Source of the DNA: Macrostomum lignano
Lineage: Eukaryota
Reading direction: 5' to 3'
Assembly: GCA_002269645.1 (NCBI GenBank)
Contig: NIVC01002893.1
Span: forward strand, 34,011 to 98,010
Length of the DNA: 64,000 nucleotides
This document shows positions 52,501-63,523 of the stretch, in pieces. Position numbers and translations under genes: made by a program. The notes under the pieces are model-generated. The model did no database searches. It worked only from the letters and a program-made list of their open reading frames with translations, and was not told where the DNA came from. The first letter of the stretch is position 1. Every line of letters starts with the position of its first letter.

Positions 52501-55500
52501 ATCTGAGAATGGGGAATCGGATATTGGGATTTAAGAATTGGGATTTTAATTTTTTGTGATTTTAGAATGGGATTCAGATATTAAGATATTAAAATGGGGA
52601 ATCGGATTTTGGGATTTGGAAATGAGGATTCGGATATTGGGATTTCAGAATGGGGATTCGGATATTGGGATTTGAGCTTAGAGATTCGGATATTGGGATT
52701 TGAGCTTGGAGATTGGGATATTGGGATTTGAGCTTGGGGATTCGGATATTGGGATTTGAGCTTGGAGATTCGGATATTGGGATTTGAGCTTGGAGATTCG
52801 GATATTGGGATTTGTGCTTGGAGATTCGGATATTGGGATTTGAGCTTGGAGATTCGGATATTGGGATTTGAGCTTGGAGATTCGGAAATTGGGATTTGAG
52901 CTTGGAGATTCGGATATTGGGATTTGAGCTTGGAGATTCGGATATTGGGATTTTACAATGGGAACTGAAAGATGGACAATTATTGGTACGAGCGTATTAG
53001 GAGTTTTGGATTTAAAAATAAATAAGGATTTGTACACTGTGGATTAACTCAATGGCAGGTCCAGTCTTAGACAGCGCGAGCGCGCCACCGAAGCCTCGGC
53101 CATTCGGCGCAACCTGCCTACAGTGGCGCAGCGCTGTCTGCACTGGCTGGCCGAGACCGCCTCGCCTTCGGCCGCTGCCGCCGTCCCAGTCGGCTGCGTC
53201 ATTGACTGGACGCCGGCTTGTCCCGGTTGCGCCCGCTGCGTGGCTCCCGCCCCGGCACGCAGTCTGAGCAGCCGCCTGCTCAGCGTCAGCCAGCGACCCT
53301 CGCCAGCACAGCAGCAGCAGCAGCTGGCGACCGCCTCCGTCAACCCCGACTGCGGCCAGTGGCGTCAACTGGAAGTACCGGCGACTTTGGGGATTCGTCT
53401 AAGCCCAACGCCTACCGGCACTGCCGGGGGCGTACTGCTGCAGGTTGGCGTTGCGGGCTGCGGTTTGGGGATCTGGGATATTGGGTCCGTTATTGTCCAG
53501 AAACTGGCATTTTTAATTTAGGATTTGGGATTTAGGATTTCAGATCTAGGACCTGGGATCTAGGATCTGGGATCTAGGATCTGGGATCTAGGATCTGGGA
53601 TCTAGGATCTGGGATCTAGGATCTGGGATCTAGGATCTGGGATCTAGGATCTGGGATCTAGGATCTGGGATCTAGGATCTGGGATCTAGGATCTGGGATC
53701 TAGGATCTGGGATCTAGGATCTGGGATCTAGGATCTGGGATCTAGGATCTGGGATCTAGGATCTGGGATCTAGGATCTGGGATCTAGGATCTGGGATCTA
53801 GGATCTGGGATCTAGGATCTGGGATCTAGGATCTGGGATCTAGGATCTGGGATCTAGGATCTGGGATCTAGGATCTGGGATCTAGGATCTGGGATCTAGG
53901 ATCTGGGATCTAGGATCTGGGATCTAGGATCTGGGATCTAGGATCTGGGATCTAGGATCTGGATCTAGGATCTGGGATCTAGGATCTGGGATCTAGGATC
54001 TGGGATCTAGGATCTGGGATCTAGGATCTGGGATCTAGGATCTGGGATCTAGGATCTGGGATCTAGGATCTGGGATCTAGGATCTGGGATCTAGGATCTG
54101 GGATCTAGGATCTGGGATCTAGGATCTGGGATCTAGGATCTGGGATCTAGGATCTGGGATCTAGGATCTGGGATCTAGGATCTGGGATCTAGGATCTGGG
54201 ATCTAGGATCTGGGATCTAGGATCTGGGATCTAGGATCTGGGATCTAGGATCTGGGATCTAGGATCTGGGATCTAGGATCTGGGATCTAGGATCTGGGAT
54301 CTAGGATCTGGGATCTAGGATCTGGGATCTAGGATCTGGGGATCTAGGATCTGGATCTAGGATCTAGGATCTAGGATCTGGGATCTAGGATCTAGGATCT
54401 GGGATCTAGGATCTGGGATCTGGGATCTAGGATCTAGGATCTGGGATCTAGGATCTAGGATCTGGGATCTAGGATCTAGGATCTGGGATCTGGGATCTAG
54501 GATCTGGGATCTAGGATCTAGGATCTGGGATCTAGGATCTGGGATCTAGGATCTGGGATCTAGGATCTAGGATCTGGGATCTGGGATCTAGGATCTGGGA
54601 TCTAGGATCTGGGATCTAGGATCTGGATCTAGGATCTGGATCTATCTAGGATCTAGGATCTAGGATCTAGGATCTAGGAGTAGTAATAGAAAATTACGTC
54701 CATACCTCACTTTTCAATTGCAAAACACGTAATAAGGTACCCGTCAGAAATTTTATTACGCACATACCCTATTTTTCTGTTAAAAATCAAGTAGTAAGGT
54801 ACCGAACCAAAGGGTAGGGTATTCTACAGGAATTGTAACTACACTGCACCGCACCCACAAAGAATCCAAAAGAAGAAAAGATCTCAATTTCGATCAACCA
54901 ACCAACCAACTTGTCCAAAAACGCACTTTCGGTATATTTCTGCATTACAAGAACAGAGGCAACACATGTGCTGCAAAGCGTCGTAGGCAAAAATACGTGC
55001 GCCGAAATTCATTTCCTTCGACGAGACCCACAACCAAGAATACGCGTTAAAAAGAATCGAAGGCCACCACCACCAGTCAGTTTGAAATACAAATAAAACA
55101 ACACCCAAATACCACAATGACCAGTCCGAGGATCCTGAATAGCAAATCGGCTGTAGGACCAATTTTGAAAATCCCCACATTCTCGCCTCAACCACCGTCT
55201 AATATTTTCCGATGGATTTAAACCAAGCGTATCAAAATATTCCCCGACTCTTCGTCCACGGCGCCCCCTAACCCGCCTGCTACTCACCCAAACTACAACC
55301 CAATGCCTACCAGGAAGATTCGAAGTGTCTGTATTCGCCACAAAGAAATAGTCTTTATCATCTAAAGGTTGCAGCTGCCGCCAACGCGAAACCCTCTGCT
55401 GACTAGGTAGAACGAACCCCCCTTCTCGCTCCCTTTACGTTGGTGGCTCCCAACTCGATCCACCCCTTCCTCTCAACCAACCCTGACCCTCCCTAATCCA

Positions 55501-57194
55501 CCACATGAGATCTCAGTCGTCCCTATGAGTAATTTTGCTGAATATAAGATCCTACCGACAGCAGTCCGGAAAATTTTCTAGTCTTGTCTAAACGCATTCA
55601 CTCACTACCAATATGGACAAATCCGCGCAAAAGAAGGAACTAGCTGAGCGATATGTGAGAGATGGTAAGCATTGGGCTTTTTGTTTATTCAGAGGCTAAT
55701 GAGGTAGTAATGGGCTGCGTCTTCTCTCTTTGCAGCGTTCAAGAACGGGGTCTTTGCGCGGCCGCCGCCGGGATATATATGTACCCGAGCATGTCACGGC
55801 TTGCGAAGGTAAATACGCCCTGGCTGTACAAGCCCTAGGTGCTGGCTGCTTCCGTTTCTTCTTCAGGGAGAAGGAGTCGGGAAGAGTCACTACGGTTGAC
55901 TACTGCGATTTGACTGCGGACGCCTGACTGTGCAATGGAACGAAGCTCGTAAATAATTTGGTATTATTAGTATTGTAATTATTTATCCACTATTCGTTAG
56001 GGAATTTTAAAGTTATTTAAAAGACTGTCAAATCGCATTTTTGCGTTCATTTGCATCAAGAAATTAACGTCATGAATTAACTAATCGTGTATCTCATCTG
56101 TTAAAATATATAGACATGTCAACTTGATTCGACCGAAAGACTGTTTCTTACTACGATGGTTCAGTTTATTATTGTGCATGGCCGTCAGTACCGAACTCAG
56201 GCGGATCTTGTCACAGCAACACTTACAATTACCTGGTTTTTTGGATTTGATCGGTTTCTCGATCGGTGACTGAGAGTTAAAAACTGCATATTTCTTTTGG
56301 CGTATTATATTTTAGTCAAGTTGTATTCAAGTATACTTAGTTTCGTAAGTCTCAATGGTCTTTTCTCGAAAATGAAAAAATTGGGGTCTTGAATGACTCC
56401 TGTTACAAAAAAGCTGGGCGCAGCACGTGGCTTATTTACTGCCTGTGTCCTGTTCTGAGCTGGGTTTTGCTTGCAGAGGGATTGTGGCACAATTTTGACT
56501 TCTGCAATTTATTAAGATCTTTTCTTTTGTTCTTTGTGGGTGTGTGTTTCCTCTATTCTTGTAATGCAGAAATAGCTGTCGTTTTTCAGCAACTTGGTTG
56601 ATTGGTGTTGTTGGGGTCTTTTCTTTCTCGTTCTTTGTGGGTGCGGTGCAGTGTAGTTACAATTCCTGTAGAATACCCTACCATTTGGTTCGGTACCTTA
56701 CTACTTGATTTTTAATACAAAAATAAGGTATGTGCGTAATAAAATTTCTGACGGGTACCTTATTACGTGTTTTGCAATTGAAAAGTGAGGTATGGACGTA
56801 ATTTTCTATTACTACTTCTAGGGACTGTGATCTGGGATATCAGAAGCGAAGGCTGCCCGCAACATTTCATTGCCAGGTGCTCCCAGCTCGCCTATCAGGC
56901 GGCCAGCTGTGGCGGGCCATCGGCACCAGACTGTCTGGTGGCGACTCTTCCACTGCCGCAGCTCGAATCGATCAGTTCTACACTGACTGCTCTGAGACTC
57001 AACTACTGGCTGGCGGCGTCTCTGTCCGCCTGTTGCGCAACAATGAGGCCGCCGCGTCGGCCCAGCAGCCTACGCCGGAAGAGCTGGAGAAGCAAAAGAA
57101 AAAAGAGACGCCTTATTTTCTTGATAACGAACTGTTTGACCCGGTGGACGTTCAGGTCAGCCTTAGCGAGGTGCCGCTGCTGCTGTGCGCTTGA
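49512..57194 (+). CDS. AGK: acylglycerol kinase (mitochondrial lipid kinase / TIM22 subunit), ~497 aa, 4 exons
   Basis: Exons 49512-49865, 51707-52143, 53059-53443 and 56877-57194 are phase-consistent. Motifs: RENPKK.AAG...W...W (N-terminal anchor), RVTVLFNP.A, FEK...P.LHLAG, VLVAGGDGT...VTGLLRR, PLG, CPGCARC, NPDCGQW, YFLDNELFDP.DVQV.L. Confidence 0.92.
49866..50900. repeat. ~23-bp G-rich minisatellite (GGTTGGAGGGCTGGGATCTCTGG)n in AGK intron 1
   Basis: Directly visible. It starts at the GAG|GTTGGA donor. Confidence 0.95.
51030..51615. repeat. 25-bp minisatellite (AGATTCCAATTTCCTGGAAACTCAA)n with a ~280-bp higher-order duplication
   Basis: Units contain TTCCTGGAA/TTCCTAGAA. The block starting CTCGAAGTTCTAATTTCC occurs at about 51083 and 51361. 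Confidence 0.92.
52215..52955. repeat. 28-bp minisatellite (GGATATTGGGATTTGAGCTTGGAGATTC)n in AGK intron 2
   Basis: Directly visible, with two sub-variants. Confidence 0.94.
53530..54678. repeat. 14-bp minisatellite (GGATCTAGGATCTG)n in AGK intron 3
   Basis: About 80 units. The array is homogeneous at first and degenerates toward the element insertion. Confidence 0.98.
55009..55341 (-). CDS. adenain/Polinton-type cysteine protease (PRO); 5' part out of frame, possibly a pseudogene
   Basis: VANTDTSNLPGRHWVVVW...GEYFDTLG...AIQDPRTGHCGIWVLFYL matches the Polinton PRO pattern NTD...PG.HW...EYFDS.G...Q...CG.YC..YL. H, D, Q and C are all present. The upstream sequence needs a 1-nt frameshift near 55345. 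Confidence 0.8.
   Translation of the reverse strand: MANTDTSNLPGRHWVVVWVSSRRVRGRRGRRVGEYFDTLGLNPSENIRRWLRRECGDFQNWSYSRFAIQDPRTGHCGIWVLFYLYFKLTGGGGLRFFLTRILGCGSRRRK
55613..55927 (+). CDS. three-exon microgene, 61-aa basic protein of unknown function
   Basis: Exons 55613-55664, 55736-55808 and 55867-55927. Introns are 71 nt (G|GTAAGC...CTAAT...CTTCTCTCTTTGCAG) and 58 nt (AG|GTAAAT...TTCCGTTTCTTCTTCAG). Product: MDKSAQKKELAERYVRDAFKNGVFARPPPGYICTRACHGLRREKESGRVTTVDYCDLTADA. TATAAG at about 55543. Confidence 0.65.
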
Positions 57195-57409
57195 CGTTTT
57201 GGCAGGTTGAACTTTTAGCAGTGTTTAGAAAAGTGATTTGCTAGCAAAATATATTGGTTTCGAGTTGCTGGATTTCTTTGTTAAATGACTGGCATTTCTT
57301 AATAATTGCGTCTTTATGTTCGGTTCATTTCAAATTTTATTTAGGCTTTTATTTGTCACGTTGCTTCACCTTTCACTTGCGTGAAATAAACTAATTGTGC
57401 TCTCTGTGT

Positions 57410-57960
57410 GTCCTTAAATCCGCCTCTCTGCGCTCTCCCTGAGCAGTCCTTGAATCTGCCTCTGCGCTCCCATGAGCAGTCCTTGAATCTGCCTCTGCGC
57501 TCCCATGAGCAGTCCTTGAATCTGCCTCTGCGCTCCCATGAGCAGTCCTTGAATCTGCCTCTGCGCTCCCATGAGCAGTCCTTGAATCTGCCTCTGCGCT
57601 CCCATGAGCAGTCCTTGAATCTGCCTCTCTCCGCTCTCCCTGAGCAGTCCTTGAATCTGCCTCTCTCCGCTCTCCCTGAGCAGTCCTTGAATCTGCCTCT
57701 GCGCTCCCATGAGCAGTCCTTGAATCTGCCTCTGCGCTCCCATGAGCAGTCCTTGAATCTGCCTCTGCGCTCCCATGAGCAGTCCTTGAATCTGCCTCTG
57801 CGCTCCCATGAGCAGTCCTTGAATCTGCCTCTCTCCGCTCTCCCTGAGCAGTCCTTGAATCTGCCTCTCTCCGCTCTCCCTGAGCAGTCCTTGAATCTGC
57901 CTCTGCGCTCCCATGAGCAGTCCTTGAATCTGCCTCTGCGCTCCATGAGCAGTCCTTGAA
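57410..57960. repeat. 33/36-bp minisatellite (GAGCAGTCCTTGAATCTGCCTCTGCGCTCCCAT)n
   Basis: About 16 units in two variants. Unit lengths are multiples of 3, which produces spurious ORFs. Confidence 0.96.
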
Positions 57961-58384
57961 TCCGCCCTCACCGCCCTCCTTTTATAAGCCATAAGGTCTG
58001 TCACCTATTATTCGATTAGCCATTTTCGTTACTAACTTGTTCAACATTTTCCGCAGCTACTGCAGTTCCAGTGGTACTCCGGCCTCCATTTAACTTTTTA
58101 TTTTTCGCTAACATTTCAGCATTGTGTTTGCAAAGACGCGCCTGCGGCTAGAGGGGGTCAGACAGAGCGAGCGCGATAGTAAAGCGGGGGCGGCTTGTAG
58201 GGTTGGATACAGCAGCGTTTCTAGCATATTTTAATTTAGCTTTTTTTTAGATCCGTGCTACTTATAGGGGCAGTTAAGGGTTTTTAAAAAGATATTTTTG
58301 CCAAAATGCTTCAAAAATATATTCACACTGCTATTAGCGGTAGTACAAGTAAATCAATGGAAGAATTTTGAATATTGCAAACAA

Positions 58385-60042
58385 ATGATGCTCTTATTGA
58401 CTGCCGCCCATCGCGAGGCTGAGGCCGCCCGCTGGCTTGGTCACGTGCGCGCTGGCCGCCTCTCAGCCGTGGCGCGCAGCCTCGGCGCCGGCGATCTCGG
58501 CGTCGACACGCGCGCCGGCCCAAACGGCAACACCGGCCTGCACGAGGCCTGCGCAGCCGGTTGCTTCGAGGTTGCCGCCTTTCTGATTGGCCGTGGCGCC
58601 AAGTTGGACGCCGCTAACGATTGGGGCTCCACGCCGCTGCACATGGCAGTGGGATCGGGACATCTGGCACTAGTGCGCTTGCTGATTGAGCGGGGCGCCT
58701 GTCTGGATCGGGCGGACAGGTGAGGCTTGAGGTGGTGGGCAGGTGAGGCTTGAGGTGGTGGGCAGGTGAGGCTTGAGGTGGTGGGCAGGTGAGGCTTGAG
58801 GTGGTGGGCATGTGAGGCTTGAGGTGGTGGGCATGTGAGGCTTGAGGTGGTGGGCAGGTGAGGCTTGAGGTGGTGGGCAGGTGAGGCTTGAGGTGGTGGG
58901 CAGGTGAGGCTTGAGTTGGTGGGCAGGTGAGGCTTGAGGTGGTGGGCAGGTCAGGCTTGAGGTGGTGGGCAGGTGAGGCTTGAGGTGGTGGGCAGGTGAG
59001 GCTTGAGGTGGTGGGCAGGTGAGGCTTGAGGTGGTGGGCAGGTGAGGCTTGAGGTGGTGGGCAGGTGAGGCTTGAGGTGGTGGGCAGGTGAGGCTTGAGG
59101 TGGTGGGCAGGTGAGGCTTGAGGTGGTGGGCAGGTGAGGCTTGAGGTGGTGGGCAGGTGAGGCTTGAGGTGGTGGGCAGGTGAGGCTTGAGGTGGTGGGC
59201 AGGTGAGGCTTGAGGTGGTGGGCAGGTGAGGCTTGAGGTGGTGGGCTTAGGAGCGGACAGGTGAGGCCTAGGAGCGGACAGTGAGGCTTAGGAGCGGACA
59301 GGTGAGGCCTAGGAGCGGACAGGTGAGGCTTAGGAGCGGACAGGTGAGGCTTAGGGGCGGACAGGTGAGGCTTGGGGCAGGTCATTTGCCAAACCGGGCG
59401 ATTATTATTGATATTTCTAAGAAATGTTTTTGACGGCTAGAGTTTTTCAGTAAAAGTACATCACCAAAAAACTGCACAAAAAACCATACGGTCGTTAAAG
59501 AAATTGGATCAAAAGTGTTCTTTGCCACTGACAGCGGCAGTGTAAGCGTATTGATGGAATAATTTGTAGTGGGCTATAAAAACATGCCATAGCCCTTTCC
59601 TCCGCTGCTGGATTCCCACAGCCGGTTGGGCTCGCCGCTGCACTATGCGTCCGCGCACAACCAGCCGGAGGCGGCCATCCTGCTGGCCAGCGCCGGCGCC
59701 GATCTGGAGGCCCGCTGCCGCTGCCGCTGCGGTCCAGCCGCCGAAACGCCGCTGGCGGTTGCCTGCTCTCGCGGCCACTGCCGAGTTGCCGAAGTTCTGC
59801 TCGCTTTCGGCGCCGCTCCGCCTCGGCCGATGTCGACTGGCCAAGCGCCTCTGGCCGCGTGGACGGCCGCCACGGCTGCGGGGCAGCGGCCGGAGCAGCT
59901 GACTGCGTTGGCCAGGCGAGCCGTCTGGCGCCGACTGCGGCAGCTCGGCCCGACAGCGGCCAGGCAGACCGCTAATTGGCTGCCCTGCAGGCTGCGCGAC
60001 TTCCTCTGCCTGGGACTGCCGGCCTGGCCTTGGCCGGAGTAG
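58385..60042 (+). CDS. ankyrin repeat and SOCS box protein (ASB-like), ~251 aa, 2 exons
   Basis: Exons 58385-58719 and 59622-60042 join as AG|C = Ser. Four ankyrin repeats (GNTGLHEA, GSTPLHMA, GSPLHYA, ETPLAVA) and a C-terminal SOCS box PEQLTALARRAVWRRL...WLPCRLRDFL. The start codon is uncertain. Confidence 0.88.
58720..59380. repeat. 23-bp (GTGAGGCTTGAGGTGGTGGGCAG)n then 21-bp (GTGAGGCTTAGGAGCGGACAG)n, starting at the ASB splice donor
   Basis: Directly visible. Nearly every unit junction reads CAG|GTGAGG. Confidence 0.97.
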
Positions 60043-60047
60043 CTGGG

Positions 60048-60292
60048 TGTTGTCTGGCCTGTGCTCAGCTGCTGTCTGGCCTGTGCTCAGCTGCTGTCTG
60101 GCCTGTGCTCAGCTGCTGTCTGGCCTGTACTCAGCTGCTGTCTGGCCTGTGCTCAGCTGCTGTCTGGCTGTGCTCAGCTGCTGTCTGGCCTGTACTCAGC
60201 TGCTGTCTGGCCTGTGCTCAGCTGCTGTCTGGCTTGTGCTCAGCTGCTGTCTGGCCTGTGCTCAGCTGCTGTCTGGCCTGTGCTCAGCTGCT
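60048..60292. repeat. 22-25-bp repeat (TGTCTGGCCTGTGCTCAGCTGC)n immediately after the ASB stop
   Basis: About 10 units. Confidence 0.93.
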
Positions 60293-60319
60293 TATGTTTA
60301 ATGTCTATTCTTATATCTT

Positions 60320-60597
60320 TAATCTACTCAGCTACTCTCTAATCTACCCAGCTACCTTCTAATCTACTCAGCTACTCTCTAATCTACCCAGCTACCTTCT
60401 AATCTACCCAGCTACCTTCTAATCTACTCAGCTACTCTCTAATCTACTCAGCTACTCTCTAATCTACCCAGCTACCTTCTAATCTACCCAGCTACCTTCT
60501 AATCTACTCAGCTACTCTCTAATCTACTCAGCTACTCTCTAATCTACCCAGCTACCTTCTAATCTACCCAGCTACATTCTAATCTACCCAGCTACCC
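60320..60597. repeat. 20-bp minisatellite (TAATCTACCCAGCTACCTTC)n
   Basis: About 14 units in two variants. Confidence 0.95.
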
Positions 60598-61449
60598 TCA
60601 ACTTTTCTACCTTTATGCTGTATCTACCGCTCCCCAACCAGCCAAAATGAATGCTATCAATCTACCAGTTCATCTGTTGCTTACTAAAAGTTACCCAGTG
60701 CACTTGTTTGGATCGGTCACGCCCACAAGCCTTGCATCATCTGTATAGACATGCAGCCATCAATCAGAGTTTTTATATTATTTAATGTTTTGTATGTAGT
60801 ATCTTAGCTTACTTTGTTTTTAGCTGGTAATCATCGGCTTTCTGATTTATTTTTTAAATTTTCAAATTGTTTTTGTCACATACTTGCGACGACCGGGTGT
60901 CATCTAGACAGAATTGCTGCAGATCTACCCTGTCAGTAGCTTTCTTTGCTATTCTCTGTTTTACCATTTAGATTTCTATATATAGAATATAGATAGAGAT
61001 TTATCCTTATCTGAAGCCTATATGCATATTGTGCCTTCTTTTTTCAATGCTCTAGTTTTTCCCCTAATCGGTTTACTTTTGACTTGACGACCTTTTTTTA
61101 CAATCAATTTTTGTTGTTTTTTGGGATGATATTGTACCCTGTGCTCAAGATGTTGCTGCCACATACTAGAGTTCGTGTGCTAACTGCTGATAATTTGGAA
61201 TTTTTTTTGCCTTCCTAGCTCCTCAAAAAGCTGTTTAATAACCTCGAATTACTACTGCCCTTTTATATCAGTAGCTATGTATGTATTTTGATTGTAAGTT
61301 TGTACCCACTTGTTATCATAAGTTTTTTTCTTTACTAACAGTAGTAGCTGAAAGTGAATACAGAATACGCATTGTAATCTGTCTAGGCGGTGTCTCTGGA
61401 ATTGTTAGACATTGGCTATGAAAATTGTTAGGTCTAAATGAATTTTCAA

Positions 61450-61850
61450 GCGGTGTTTGTGGGAATTGTTAGGCAGTGTCTATAGGAATTATGGGCAGTG
61501 TCTATGGGAATTATTGGGCAGTGTCTATAGGAATTGTTTGGCGGTGTCTATGGGAATTGTTTGGCGGTGTCTATGGGAATTGTTAGGCAGTGTCTATGGG
61601 AATTGTTAGACAGTGTCTATGGGAATTGTTTGGCATTGTCTATGGGAATTGTTAGGCAGTGTCTATGGGAATTGTTAGGCAGTGTCTCTGGGAATTGTTA
61701 GGCAGTGTCTCTGGAATTGTTTGGCATTGTCTATGATAATGGTTTGGCGGTGTCTATGGGAATTGTTATGGGTGTCTATGGGAATTGTTATGGGTGTCTA
61801 TGGGAATTGTTATGGTGTCTATGGAATTGTTATGGGTGTCTATGGGAATA
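61450..61850. repeat. 23-bp minisatellite (GGCAGTGTCTATGGGAATTGTTA)n, block 1
   Basis: Directly visible. Confidence 0.93.
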
Positions 61851-62529
61851 TCAGAAACATCTCTTATCAGAAACTTGATAAGCCAACTGCATGTTTTAGT
61901 TCCAAACTGGCTTGAAGTCCGTACATGCTACTGTTAGTAGCACAATGATATTGTATTTTTTATCTAAGCCTTAAAGATTTATCGAATTCCCCCCACCACT
62001 TTTTGCACCAAACCTTTGCATTGTTTTCTTTTGCTAAAGCAGAAATATAGACGGTTTCATTTTAAATTTATTTTATTTAGTCTTCTTTTTCCTGAAAATA
62101 ATAGTTTGGCTTTTTCATTGTATTATCTTTAATAACAGATATGATGTGATTTTAGAAAGTTTTAAGTTTTAAACTATCGTCTTTATAGCTGGTTTGCAAA
62201 TCATTCATAGTCAAGTGCATTTATAACTTTGCAATGAAATTGACTATAGAACTGCTCGGCAACCAGCTTACAGTAGGCGAACACCGATCTGAAAAAATGG
62301 ATAGCAGGTGTTTTCAAGATGCCGGACGCATACAGGTGTGGCGGCTGCATAGATTGCTTCATTGCGCCATGTATAATGCGTCCTACAGGCTGTTTTTTGT
62401 CATAAAAATGCTGCAGTGTTAGATTTCACTACTGTTAGTAAGCTAGAGGAATGGGCTTTGGTGTCTATCTAGTTAGTGGATGTCTATGGGGAATGTTTGG
62501 TGTTGTCTCTGGAAGTTCTTGTTTGATGT

Positions 62530-63110
62530 TATTGGAATTGTTAGTCAGTGTCTATGGGAATTGTTAGTCAGTGTCTATGGGAATTGTTAGTCATGTCTAT
62601 GGAATTGTTAAGATTTGTCTATGGGAATTTGTTAGGCAGTGTCTTATGGGAATTGTTAGTCAGTGTCTATGGGAATTGTTAGTCAGTGTCTATGGGAATT
62701 GTTAGTCAGTGTCTATGGAATTGTTAGTCAGTGTCTATGGGAATTGTTAGTCAGTGTCTATGGGAATTGTTAGTCAGTGTCTATGGGAATTCTTAAGATT
62801 TGTCTATGGGAATTGTTAAGATTTGTCTATGTGAATTGTTAAGATTTGTCTATGGGAATTGTTAGGCGGTGTATATGTGAATTGTTAGGCAGTGTCTATG
62901 GGAATTGTTAAGATTTGTCTGTGGAATTGTTAGCGGTGTCTATGGGAATTGTTAGACAGTGTCTATAGGAATTGTTAGAAAGTGTCTATGGGAATTGTTA
63001 GACAGTGTCTATAGGAATTGTTAGGCAGTGTCTATGGAATTGTTAGACAGTGTCTATAGGAATTGTTAGGCAGTGTCTATGGGAATTGTTAGGCAGTGTC
63101 TATGGGAATT
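62530..63110. repeat. 23-bp minisatellite, block 2 (same family as 61450-61850)
   Basis: Same unit; the two blocks are separated by about 700 bp of unique DNA. Confidence 0.93.
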
Positions 63111-63128
63111 CTCTGAGATATCGCATCT

Positions 63129-63523
63129 TCATCGCTGCATCATGCCCGCAGTCGAAGTCCAAGAGCGGTCAGTCGCACAGAGGCGGGCAGACGGCGGCCG
63201 ACTCAACAATGTCCCCGCTGTGGCTGCGTCGTGACGCTGGAGTCCGAGTGTCCAGGCATCGCTGCCCTGCTGAGGGCCGGCCAGCTGTCCGGCCGGAGGA
63301 CATTGACGGCTGCAGTGGGAGGCTGAGACCCTGCTAGCCAATGTGAACAAGCGCAGCTTCCTGCTTGCCGCGGAGATCAGCGGCACCCCACTGCCTGGCG
63401 GCCTGATCACCCGGTCGAACAAGTCAGAATGGCTGCCGGGAGCGGCCGTGGTCAAGTCAGTTCCCGGCAAGCCGCTGGCTCTGACCATCTCCTTGAAGCG
63501 GCGTCGCGAGGACTCGACAAGCG
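63129..63523 (-). CDS. probable coding exon of an unidentified gene (strand ambiguous)
   Basis: GC3-rich open frame ALVESSRRRFKEMVRASGLPGTDL...SDLFDRVIRPPG...GMMQR* follows a strong acceptor TTTCTCGTTGTCTCACCGTCAG. No family recognised. Confidence 0.45.

Larger units (their letters stand above)
54679..56816. mobile_element. miniature non-autonomous Polinton/Maverick-like element (2,138 bp)
   Basis: Ends AGTAGTAATAG... / ...CTATTACTACT. TIRs are near-identical over ~185 bp and recognisable to ~290 bp. 6-bp TSD TCTAGG at 54673-54678 and 56817-56822. Contains an adenain-like protease. Confidence 0.9.

Noticed and set aside
57356-58004. In-frame repeat ORFs (SLNLPLRSHEQ / ERRGRFKDCSW)
   Set aside because: 33- and 36-bp units keep frames open on both strands. 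There are no splice signals or unique domains.
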